A DNA stretch of 23,189 nucleotides from Octopus sinensis (GCF_006345805.1 NW_021823563.1:1-23189), one strand, 5' to 3'. Positions 11,777 to 20,996 are shown, numbered from the stretch's first letter. Numbers and translations are program-made. Notes: generated from the letters alone by a model not told the origin.

Positions 11777-12071
11777 TTCTTCTTCTTATTCTTCTTCTTC
11801 TTCTTCTTCTTCTTCTTCTTCTTCTCTTCTTCTTCTTCTTCTTCTTCTTCTTCTTCTTCTCTTCTTCTTCTTCTCCTTCTTCTTCTTCTTCTTCTTCTTC
11901 CTTCTTCTTCTTCTTCTTCTTCTTATTAATAACAATAATAATAATAATAATAATAATAGTGATAATGTTGATGATAATAATAATAATAATAGTGATAATG
12001 ATAATGATAATAATATAATAATAATAATAACACAATAATAATAATAATAATGATAATAATAATAATAATAA

Positions 12072-12113
<42 letters not shown>

Positions 12114-12223
12114 TGATTGTAATAATAATATTCATAATAATAAAATGGCGGCGGAAACGAAGGGATAAAAACTAATGAATAAATATAAATAAAACAATAA
12201 TAATAATAATAATAATAATCATC

Positions 12224-12262
<39 letters not shown>
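11777..12262. repeat. (TTC)n followed by (AAT)n microsatellites
   Basis: Direct inspection. Confidence 0.95.
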
Positions 12263-12265
<3 letters not shown>

Positions 12266-12476
12266 TAATTTTTTTTTTGCTATTTTAAATCTTGAAATAA
12301 TTAAATTGTGCAAGGCCTCTCTATCAGTTTTAGGCTTGAAGGCCTTCAACATATGAAGGAAGCATTTGTCACCCTCGATAGAGTTAACGCGATTATTTAA
12401 CTTCTTCATGAAAAGTCATTCGAGGTTTAAAGATCAACATCAGCAACAATAACAGCTACAACTGCCAACAATAACA

Positions 12477-12493
12477 TACTACTACTACTACTA

Positions 12494-12528
<35 letters not shown>

Positions 12529-12561
12529 GCTACTACTACCACCACCACCACTAACACCACC

Positions 12562-12599
<38 letters not shown>

Positions 12600-12626
12600 C
12601 ATCACTAACACCACCACCACTACTAT

Positions 12627-12657
<31 letters not shown>

Positions 12658-12760
12658 GCTACTACCACCACCACCACCACCAACACCACCACCGCCACCA
12701 CCACCACCACCACCACTACTACTACTACTATTAATAATAATAATAACAATAATAACTGCA

Positions 12761-12794
<34 letters not shown>

Positions 12795-12860
12795 CAATGA
12801 TGATGGTGATAATAATGATAATGATAGTGCAAAAATTATTAATAATAATGATAATTAAAA
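12477..12860. repeat. (CTA/CCA)n, (AAT)n and (ATG)n compound trinucleotide repeat
   Basis: Direct inspection. Confidence 0.95.
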
Positions 12861-13004
12861 TAATAATGTTTTAGTCTTAACTACTAAGGGTTCACAAAAA
12901 TATTGGAGACGGCACAAGATGGTGCGGTGTAGGGTTTAAATATAAGAGCCTGTTAGAAAAGGAAATTAACTGCAACGGATAAACAATAAAAAGAAGGGCG
13001 ATGG

Positions 13005-13335
13005 CGTTGATGACGATGACGATGATGGTGATGGTGATGATGATAACAATATTGATAATAATAAAAATAACAACAACAGCAATAGTGATGATGATGGTGG
13101 TGGTGGTGGTGGTGGTGGTGGTGGTGGTAGTGGTGATGATGATGATGATGACGATGACGATGACGATGCGGATGATGATGATGATGACGACGATGGTAGA
13201 AATACGAAAACATCGAGGAGGTGGAAGAACAAAAGAAAAAAAAGAGAAAAAGAAGAAAAAATAATGAAGACGATGATGAAGATGACAATGATGATGATGA
13301 TGATGGGGATGATGATAATGATCACGATGATGATA

Positions 13336-13379
<44 letters not shown>

Positions 13380-13400
13380 ATGATGATGATGATGATGATA
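13005..13400. repeat. (GAT/GAC/GGT)n compound trinucleotide repeat
   Basis: Direct inspection. Confidence 0.95.
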
Positions 13401-13828
13401 AGCCCCAAAACACAGAAGGGAATGAACAGTGAACTGACAGACGAGAAAGAGTTTCCTATTAGCAACGTTTCTTAGATAAAAAAAAATCCATTAAATTCAA
13501 GACCCAGAAATAAACCGTGTCAAACAGTAAAACAAAACAAAAAGCAAAAAATACCGAAAATCAATAAATCCCAAAAAAAAAATCAAATAAAATGGTAAAG
13601 ATGTCTCCAAGAGTTCAAGAGATAAGAAAAGGAGCAGCGTTCAGGAAACTCGCCTCCAGAGAGAGAAACAGAGAGCAAGTAAGACCATTCCATTCCTTAT
13701 CGCCATAGAGTTTCATCATTTTGCAGACAGACAGATAGGAGGGTACTTTGCAAACTGCACAAATATATAGCTTTCTTTCTATCTTACTCAATCGTCTCCT
13801 CTCTCTTTCCCTTTATCTTTCTCCCCCC

Positions 13829-13871
<43 letters not shown>

Positions 13872-13950
13872 CTAATAATATTAGGGAGTATGGCTCCAAA
13901 CTTACAGGGAAAAATTAGATATAGGATTAAATCAAATTTCACAGTATACA

Positions 13951-14213
13951 TATATAAAATATGAATTAGAGATAAAACCACTATTAGGCAACTCAAACAG
14001 TGATAGACATAAACCAATACAAAAATAACAAATAATATATATATAATTAATATAATATACAATATATATATAAAATATAAAATAAATTTAAAATTTGTTT
14101 TTTTTCTTTTCTTTTCTTTTAACCAAAAAGTATAAAAAGAATGATAAATATAATAAGTAAAAACACTACGTACGTTTCATGGCTATAATTATCTCTAATT
14201 CATATTTTATATA
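13951..14213 (-). mobile_element. AT-rich element bounded by a perfect 25-bp inverted repeat, containing the 3' half of a hammerhead
   Basis: TATATAAAATATGAATTAGAGATAA (13951-13975) is the exact reverse complement of 14189-14213. Minus strand at 14161-14185 reads AGCCAT-GAAA-CGTACG-TA-GTGTTT. Confidence 0.6.
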
Positions 14214-14232
14214 TATATATATGTATTTATAC

Positions 14233-14535
14233 AAAATTTAGAGGACTGTCCACTAAAAATGGACAGTCTATATGCTGGATATAGACGTCAAATCGCTATT
14301 TTCCACGAAGAATGAGTTCTCAAGAAAAAACTCAGCAAAAAACCAAAAGTGTAAAAATAAGCAAGACAAATGAAAATATACGACATAAAAAACGTTTACC
14401 TATGAACTAATTAGTTTCACTTGTTAATATTTATGTATATGGACACGCAAACATCTGCAAGATCATCAGCATAGTCTGTCGTTTACAAAACACAATTTCC
14501 AGAACTAGATACAGAACGCTCAACCGAAATCCAGC
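14233..14535 (-). mobile_element. Penelope-type terminal-repeat-like element: HHR, T-rich tract, 3' hairpins, then (TA)n
   Basis: Contains the HHR at 14400-14474 and hairpins GACTGTCCA/TGGACAGTC (14244-14268) and GTCTATAT/ATATAGAC (14266-14286). Boundaries approximate. Confidence 0.55.
14400..14474 (-). ncRNA. Type I hammerhead ribozyme
   Basis: Minus strand: CTATG-CTGATGA-T-CTTG(34-nt loop)CAAG-T-GAAA-CTAATTAG-TT-CATAG. Stem I CTATG/CATAG, palindromic stem III, predicted GUU cleavage between 14405 and 14404. Confidence 0.8.
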
Positions 14536-14573
14536 ATGTATAAAGTTCTACAATTTATATTTATGTGTATCAA

Positions 14574-14690
14574 TCATCATCATCACCACCACCACCACCA
14601 CCACCACCACCACCACCACCACCACCACCACCACCACCACAACCACCACCACCACCACCACCACCATCATCATCATCCTAATTATCATCA
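14574..14690. repeat. (CAT/CAC)n microsatellite
   Basis: Direct inspection. Confidence 0.95.
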
Positions 14691-14693
14691 TTA

Positions 14694-15017
14694 TCTTTTC
14701 TTGGTACGTATAGACAGCCTGTGTAACTTTTTGGGTGGAGTAACCCATATCTAGTTAGCAACTTTCTGTCTAAGCTGTTTAGTTCGTCTACTGTCCATGC
14801 GTTTACCCCTGCTCCGTATCTAAGGAGTGAAACAGCCCAGGTGTTGATAGCTTCAATCTTATTCCGACCGTTTAATTTCGACTTAAGGATCAGTCTCAGT
14901 CTGCGCAAGTACTCCACCTTAAATTTTTCTGTCATTTCTTTTTCCATCAATTTGTCCATTTCCAAAATCCCCAAGTACTTATAGCCCGTCTCTTCTATCT
15001 GCTTCATAACCTCCCCT
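14694..15017 (-). pseudogene. Non-LTR retrotransposon fragment (late RT/thumb region), R4/Dong-like
   Basis: Translation YKYLGILE...EYLRRLRLILKSKLNGRNKIEAINTWAVSLLRYGAG...LHPK...LYVPRK matches the typical R4/Dong-clade post-RT sequence; truncated at both ends. Confidence 0.8.
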
Positions 15018-15229
15018 GAAAAAGTTTATCCTATATTAGATGTAAATTTAATAGTGTTCACTTCCGGACTCTCTCACTCTGTGAGAGTTTTCAGTTCGAA
15101 TCGCACGTGTCTCGAGATGTGCTGGAGATTTTCTATTTTGGATATATTTGGGGTACTTAGATCTGCTCATGACTTAGTGCTTGCTTCTTCCATGGGTATG
15201 AGTAAGTATTTCATTTATATCTTACGTGT

Positions 15230-15290
15230 TTATCGCTGACGAGGAGAAAATTCTTATGAATTAACTCTGAAATTGGGACCGATACGATAA
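15230..15290 (+). ncRNA. Type I hammerhead ribozyme
   Basis: TTATCG-CTGACGA-GGAG(AA AATTC TTAT GAATT AA)CTCT-GAAA-TTG(GGAC)CGA-TA-CGATAA. 6-bp stem I, extended stem II, predicted AUA cleavage after 15284. Confidence 0.8.
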
Positions 15291-15521
15291 TAACGGAATT
15301 TTTTAGAAATTTCTGTCAGCTTGTTTCGAGACGCGTTTTTATAGTGTTAGATTATATGGTTATTGACAATATTCCTATTTTCGGCATATTTGGCATTAGA
15401 ATATTTTTCTTTTGCCCTTGTTTATAAGTTGTTTATATATATATGTTTGCATATTTATATATATTTATATATGTTTTGAAACAAGAAATTCACCAAAATA
15501 TATTTCAGCAATACGGAAATT

Positions 15522-16050
15522 TTATTCATCAAAGTAACTACCGTTACAATCAACATGTTTTTGCCAACGAGTTGCAAGTTTGTTTATTCCGGTAACATAA
15601 AATTCTGGCGTTCTGGAGCTGATAAACTCTTTGAACGAACTTTTAGCATCGGCTTGTTTGAACTTCTTCTCTCTCAGGAAACCATCAAGTATTTGAAAAA
15701 GTGCTAGTCGGTAAGAGAAATGTCTGGGGAAATAAGCTGGATGGGGTAGAACTTTATAGCCATGTTAACTCAACTTCTGAAGCGTCATCAGTGAAACGTA
15801 TGGTCGAGAATTGTCATGAAGAAGGATTGTCCCTCTTCTGTGGACCAGTCTCGGATGGAGGAGTGGCAGCTTTTCGTTCATTTTGGCAATTTTACGGCAA
15901 TATATTTCTGCTGTAATGGTTTTTCGGGTTATAGTGGATGAGTCCAGCAGTACACCACCAAACAGTCACCATAACCTTCTTTTTGAAGAGTTCGGGTTTA
16001 TGGAAGGCTTTCAGTGCTTCATTTAGGTCCAACCACTGCAAAGAACGTTT
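15522..16050 (-). pseudogene. Mariner (D,D34D) transposase remnant, C-terminal catalytic half, Hsmar1-like
   Basis: Manual translation: KRSLQWLD...KKVMVTVWW.../TITAEIYC...LLHDNSRPY...LPHPAYSPDISLTD*HFF/...RWQKHVDCNGSYFDE*; two frameshifts and two internal stops. Confidence 0.92.
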
Positions 16051-16057
16051 TTTTTAT

Positions 16058-16284
16058 CAACTGTAAGACTATATGTGACCGCGTGTGTATCGTTTGCGAT
16101 TTTTTTCCCTTCATCTTCTCTTCCTTGGATCTTTCTTTTTCTTATGTTTCTGACGAAGAGGTCCACTCGAAACGTTAAATCATCCTTCTTTCTTTCCTTT
16201 CCTGAGCGTCCAGTAACACTATATTTGTTCCACGTCCTCGCGTTGTTGTGTTTTCTCTTTGTGTTTTCATGTTTGGATTAAGTT
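16058..16284 (+). mobile_element. Short HHR-carrying element ending in (TA)n, 5'-truncated within its first ribozyme
   Basis: 16061-16105 matches 17609-17652, 16190-16284 matches 20663-20755, and it contains the HHR at 16146-16180. Confidence 0.8.
16146..16180 (+). ncRNA. Minimal type I hammerhead ribozyme (dimer-type)
   Basis: GTTT-CTGACGA-A-GAG(GTCCA)CTC-GAAA-CG-TT-AAAT. Stem III is reduced to the palindrome ACGT; predicted GUU cleavage after 16176. Confidence 0.7.
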
Positions 16285-16479
16285 TATATATATATATACA
16301 TACATACTGACACAAACACACACATATAAATGTAATATACGTGCATACATTTATGTTTGCCTATGAAATCTTTCGCTTATACGTTGTCTCTATATTTAAC
16401 AGCAATTTCGATTAGGAAATTTCCAAAATTCCCAAAGACGAAGACAAAGAGATTACCTAGATTTTTCAGACATATGAAT

Positions 16480-16935
16480 TAAATGATATTCCCAACATCT
16501 TGTGTGAATCGTGTATATTCCTATCTCAAATATTCTACATTAATTCCCCGAAGAATTGTATCCAAGATTTCTTACTGTTATCTCCCAAGAGCTATGCAAA
16601 TATCAGTTACTCCATCGCTGCGTTGGTTTATCCAAAGCCAAAATTATAATCATTTTATATTCCGAATTATGCAATAGGTTACCAGTATTCTCTCTACCTA
16701 AGAATAAAGTTTGGCGTATATATAAATTTTTAGTGCTAGGCCATCGATAATATATATGTAAATATATGCAGCTAAGGGATAATAGTCAAGAATATTTTAA
16801 AGTTTCTATTTTAATCGATAGCAAATCAGGAATTAGGTGGTATTTGTCTTAACATTTCTAGATTCAGATCATGTTGAGTTCCTGACATAGAGACTATGGC
16901 TAATTGTGTTTCTCTTTGTTCCTATCTAAAGAGTT
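16480..16935 (+). pseudogene. Possible decayed Penelope-like ORF (RT-to-endonuclease linker region)
   Basis: FP...RRIVSKISYCYLP resembles the PLE NRNTVKISYSC.P motif (also seen at 20182-20350). NCVSLCSYLK near 16902-16931 resembles the C-terminal CxLC motif. Confidence 0.35.
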
Positions 16936-17315
16936 GGTTTTGCCGCAGCGGTCAATTAAGCTAAATACTATTTAACCAGTGAAAATTTGCATCGGGCCAA
17001 CAGGGTTCCTGCAGTGATCATTCGGTTTTCATTCTATTTGATCGGAATTAATGAGAGAATATTTAATTAATGATCTCGTAGTCAAATATGAAATTCTGGG
17101 TTTGATCCCGATCCGCGGAACTTACGATGATGTCTTCTTTTTATTTTCCTTCCTTTTGAGCCCTAGAATATCTGCGGCTGGTTACCCGGATCACATGGGG
17201 CATAAATGATTCAGAACACAGCCATCCTCTGAATAGGACACCCATCCGTTGCAGTGTTCAAGGCCTGTAATTTTTATAGGTGGGGACAAGTGTCTATGGT
17301 TATGACCACTGCCTG

Positions 17316-17369
<54 letters not shown>

Positions 17370-17370
17370 A

Positions 17371-17552
17371 AGGGAAAGTTTGCGAAAATAAACAAAAGAC
17401 GAAGGCAGGTGGTGTACAAAACAAACAGATGTATTAGTATAGCGCTCAGGAATAGAAAAAGTTTTTACGTTTCGAGCCTACGCTATTCTACAGAAAGATA
17501 CACAGAAAAAAAACAAGGAGAGAAAAAAATGTGCGTAGTAGCTAACGATCTA
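17371..17552 (-). mobile_element. Variant-HHR element, copy B
   Basis: Reverse complement of 6404-6595; motif at 17462-17497 with one stem II mismatch. Confidence 0.85.
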
Positions 17553-17569
17553 TTTAACCATCTCGCACC

Positions 17570-17617
17570 GTCTCTGATGAAGGGATATCCATAATATCCC
17601 AGAAACAGCTGTAAGGC
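17570..17617 (+). ncRNA. Type I hammerhead ribozyme
   Basis: GTCT-CTGATGA-A-GGGATAT(CCATA)ATATCCC-A-GAAA-CAGCTG-TA-AGGC. 7-bp stem II, palindromic ACAGCTGT, predicted GUA cleavage after 17613. Confidence 0.85.
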
Positions 17618-17667
17618 TATATGTGACCGCATGTGTATCGTTTGCGATTTTTCTCCACTTGTAGGGT

Positions 17668-17801
17668 GTTTAATCGACCCCAAAGGGAATAAAACGCGCA
17701 ATACATGTCAGTGGGATTTGAACTCAGAAGATATGGAGCCAGAAGAAAGTCTGCTAAGTATTTTTCCTGACGTGCAAATGATTCTGCCAGCTCGGCGACT
17801 T
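17668..17801 (-). mobile_element. Diverged 5' half of an OK-like SINE
   Basis: Minus strand: CGAGCTGGCAGAATC...GAGTTCAAATCCC...CTTTGGGGTCGAT, colinear with 11021-11145. Confidence 0.8.
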
Positions 17802-18209
17802 TAACTACAACATTTGCAGCTTTTGAAATATATTCCTTGAATTTTTTCTTCTAAATAATTCATTACTTCAATGGTATCAGTCACTGGTCTGCGAAAGTGA
17901 GGGAGGACTGCCCTCTCGGCATTTAGGTCTATTGTGAAAGTCCCAAAGCATGATTCAGTCTCGAAATGATTTTATCGGACTCTGATTAGTGAATCACTAG
18001 ATACACTTTATGATTTTACTGTACATTTACGTAACATACAGAAATGCATGTATTGTATAACTGGAAGAAGCCCGTCATATATATATATATATATATATAA
18101 TTATATATATAATATATTAATATATATATATTTAATATATATTTTTGTAATTTTTATTATATTTTTTAATTTTTATTTTTTAATTTTTTATTCTTTTATT
18201 TATTCTTTT

Positions 18210-18475
18210 ATCTACTCTACCACCGATTCCTTTGACCACTCCCCTAATAATGACAGTTTTGCGCCATGCCTACCCCCAAAAAAGTCCACCACCACCACCC
18301 ATTTAAACCTGCCTAAATGTATAAATGCCAAAACAACTCTTGTCTACTAGCTTCTGATGATTTTTTGAATGAAACAGTTCTAGTCCTGTAGAAGCTCCTT
18401 CTATAAAATAAATTAATTTACTCTGCTATGTATTGAGTACATTATTTACTGTGGTTAACCCCGACTCAACCCGGG

Positions 18476-18480
<5 letters not shown>
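18210..18480 (+). mobile_element. Penelope-type terminal-repeat-like segment
   Basis: TATAAAT (18320-18326), HHR (18349-18396), AATAAA (18407-18412), ending in (TA)n; duplicated at ~19390-19660. Confidence 0.6.
18349..18396 (+). ncRNA. Type I hammerhead ribozyme, damaged copy
   Basis: AGCTT-CTGATGA-TTTTTTGAAT-GAAA-CAG(TTCTAGTC)CTG-TA-GAAGCT; short deletions in stems I and II relative to 19528-19578. Confidence 0.6.
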
Positions 18481-18510
<30 letters not shown>

Positions 18511-18583
18511 TTTGCAGGAGTATGACTGGTGTTGAAACAATTAATGAATCGCTCAAATGTGCATGTGATATATATATACATAT

Positions 18584-18772
18584 AGGAGAGTTTTAGAAAA
18601 AAACAAAGAGAAGAAGGTGGTGTAACAAAAACAAACAGATGTATTAGTATAACGCTCAGGAATAGAAAAAAGTCTTTACGTTTCGAGCCGACGCTCTTCT
18701 ACAGAAAGGAACACAGAAAAAACCAGGCGAGAAACAAGGAGAGAAAAAAATGTGCGTAGTAGCTAACGATCT
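18584..18772 (-). mobile_element. Variant-HHR element, copy C
   Basis: Reverse complement of 6404-6595; motif at 18674-18708. Confidence 0.85.
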
Positions 18773-18790
18773 ATTTAACCATCTCGCACC

Positions 18791-18838
18791 GTCTCTGATG
18801 AAGGGATATCCATAATATCCCAGAAACAGCTGTAAGGC
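18791..18838 (+). ncRNA. Type I hammerhead ribozyme, identical to 17570-17617
   Basis: Same sequence; predicted cleavage after 18834. Confidence 0.85.
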
Positions 18839-18886
18839 TATATGTGACCGCATGTGTATCGTTTGCGATTTCTCCACTTGTAGGGT

Positions 18887-19022
18887 GTTTAATCGACCCC
18901 AAAGGGAATAAAACGCGCAATACATGTCAGTGGGATTTGAACTCAGAAGATATGGAGCCAGAAGAAAGTCTGCTTAAGTATTTTTCCTGACGTGCAATGA
19001 TTCTGTGCCAGCTTGGCGACTT
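18887..19022 (-). mobile_element. Diverged 5' half of an OK-like SINE (duplicate of 17668-17801)
   Basis: Part of the tandem duplication. Confidence 0.8.
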
Positions 19023-19527
19023 TAACTACAACATTTGCAGTTTTTAAATATATTCCTTGAATTTTTTCTTCTAAATACTTCATTACTTCAATGGTGTCAG
19101 TCACTGGTCTGCGAAAGTGAGGGAGGACTGCCCTCTCGGCATTTAGGTCTATTGTGAAAGTCCCAAAGCATGATTCAGTCTCGAAATGATTTTATCGGAC
19201 TCTGATTAGTGAATCACTAGATACACTTTATGATTTTACTGTACATTTACGTAACATACAGAAATGCATGTATGTATAACTGGAAGAAGCCCGTCATATA
19301 TATATATATATTTATATATTTTTTTAATTTTTATTTATATTTTTTAATTTTTATTTTTTTATTTTTTAATTCTTTTATTTATTCTTTTATCTACTCTACC
19401 ACCGATTCCTTTGACCACTCCCCTAATAATGACAGTTTTGCGCCATGCCTACCCCCAAAAAAGTCCACCACCACCACCCATTTAAACGTGCCTAAATGCA
19501 TAAATGCCAAAACAACTCTTGTCTACT

Positions 19528-19578
19528 AGCTTCCTGATGATTTCTTTTGAATGAAACAGTTCTAGTCCTGTAGAAGCT
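19528..19578 (+). ncRNA. Type I hammerhead ribozyme
   Basis: AGCTTC-CTGATGA-T-TTC(TTTT)GAA-T-GAAA-CAG(TTCTAGTC)CTG-TA-GAAGCT. Perfect 6-bp stem I, intramolecular stem III, predicted GUA cleavage after 19572. Confidence 0.85.
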
Positions 19579-19657
19579 CCTTCTAAAAATAATTAATTTA
19601 CTCTGCTATGTATTGAGTACATTATTTACTGTGGTTAACCCCGACTCAACCCGGACC

Positions 19658-19701
<44 letters not shown>

Positions 19702-19721
19702 TTTATATATATATATATATA

Positions 19722-19756
<35 letters not shown>

Positions 19757-19906
19757 CATATATATATATATCTTTTGCGGAGTATGACTGGGTGTTGAAA
19801 CAATTAAAATGCTTGGCTCAAATCTGCACTCAATGTGGCATGTGATATATTATATATATATATATATATATAGTATATATATATATATATATTTATTTAT
19901 ACATAT

Positions 19907-20089
19907 AGGGAGAGTTTTACGAAAAAAACAAAAGACGAAGACAGGTGGTGTTACAAACAAACAGATGTATAGTATAACGCTCAGGAATAGAAAAAAGTCT
20001 TTACGTTTCGAGCCGACGCTCTTCTACAGAAAGGGACACAGAAAAAACCAGGCGAGAAACAAGGAGAGACAAAATGTGTGTAGTGGCTA
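19907..20089 (-). mobile_element. Variant-HHR element, copy D
   Basis: Reverse complement of 6404-6595; motif at 19999-20033. Confidence 0.85.
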
Positions 20090-20175
20090 TATATATCGAC
20101 TTTGCAAAGGCCTTTGATAAAGTTGATCATGGGATATGTCACAAACTACAGGGATATCGGCATAACTAGAAAAGA
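20089..20175 (+). pseudogene. Short LINE reverse-transcriptase fragment (CR1/L2/Jockey-type)
   Basis: Translates as IYIDFAKAFDKVDHGICHKLQ, the conserved DFxKAFDxVxH RT motif. Confidence 0.8.
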
Positions 20176-20181
20176 CAGAGG

Positions 20182-20350
20182 CCACCATTCTCGCTCCAAG
20201 TCAAATCTCTACCAAAATTAACTTTCAAAATTCTAAAATCTGATTTTCTACCACATCATAAATATTATCCCATCTTTAACAAATCATCAGTGAAGATCTC
20301 CTACTCTACCACACTTAGGATATATAATAGCCTCCTCGAACAAACGTAAA
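20182..20350 (+). pseudogene. Penelope-like element ORF fragment
   Basis: In frame from 20182: PPFSLQVKSLPKLTFKILKSDFLPHHKYYPIFNKSSVKISYSTT, then LGYIIASSNKRK after a frameshift; matches the PLE PPFS...HK...IFN..VKISYS...II..NK motif. Confidence 0.7.
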
Positions 20351-20662
20351 GTCCAAAACCAGTCTTTTGAATATCTAAACTATTGCACTGGATCTGAAGC
20401 TAGCCTGGGCAATAGCAATAATACAAACATTAATAACTCAAGCTTTTTCCCTTCAGAAGGAGGTGGTGTCATCCAATAATGGACCCTAATATCTGAAACG
20501 GCCGTAGGACTTTTAAAAGTCTATCTAGCTTATTTGTGGTATTGTAGTTTTATTTAGTTGGACTAAGTATTCTTAATATCCACACACATTTACAGTTTTC
20601 TTTTCGATTAAATGTATATTAGTGTCTAAATAGATGTCCCTAACTTGCTTGTAGTTGCTCTA

Positions 20663-20755
20663 CTTCTTCTCTTCTTTCCTGAGCGTCCAATAATACTTTA
20701 TTTGTTCCACATCCTTGCGTTGTTGTCTTTTTGTTTTCTTGTTTGGATTAACTTT
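20663..20755 (+). mobile_element. 3' fragment of the 16058-16284 element family
   Basis: TTTCCTGAGCGTCCA...TTTGTTCCAC...TGTTTGGATTAA then (TA)n, as at 16198-16290. Confidence 0.8.
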
Positions 20756-20782
20756 ATATATATATTATATATATATATATAT

Positions 20783-20960
20783 AGGGAGAGTTTACGAAAA
20801 AAACAACAAAAGACGAAAACAGGTGGTGTACAAAACAAACAGATGTATTAGTATAACGCTCAGGAATAGAAAGTCTTTTACGTTTCGAGCCTACGCTCTT
20901 CTACAGAAAGGGACACAGAAAACAAAGAGACAAAAAATGTATGTAGTGGCTAACGATCTA
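20783..20960 (-). mobile_element. Variant-HHR element, copy E
   Basis: Reverse complement of 6404-6595; motif at 20875-20910. Confidence 0.85.
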
Positions 20961-20996
20961 TTATGGCGTCGTGCGTGTGTGTGTATGCATGTATAT

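Larger units (their letters stand above)
17371..20089. repeat. Tandem duplication of a ~1.2-1.3-kb composite unit (two full copies plus the start of a third)
   Basis: Units start at 17371, 18584 and 19907. The landmark GTCTCTGATGAAGGG at 17570 and 18791 gives an offset of 1221; length differences lie in the TA tracts. Confidence 0.92.

Noticed and set aside
12285-12409. CFLHMLKAFKPKTDREAL as an RT motif
   Set aside because: Only loosely similar to DxxKAFD; the catalytic Asp is absent and no neighbouring motifs are present.
13591-13770. Possible exon (RLQREKQRASKT, reminiscent of a GPCR loop)
   Set aside because: Upstream stop with no good splice acceptor, and no hydrophobic helix follows.
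15770-15812. Minus-strand CTGATGA
   Set aside because: Lies inside the mariner coding remnant, with no GAAA and no stems.
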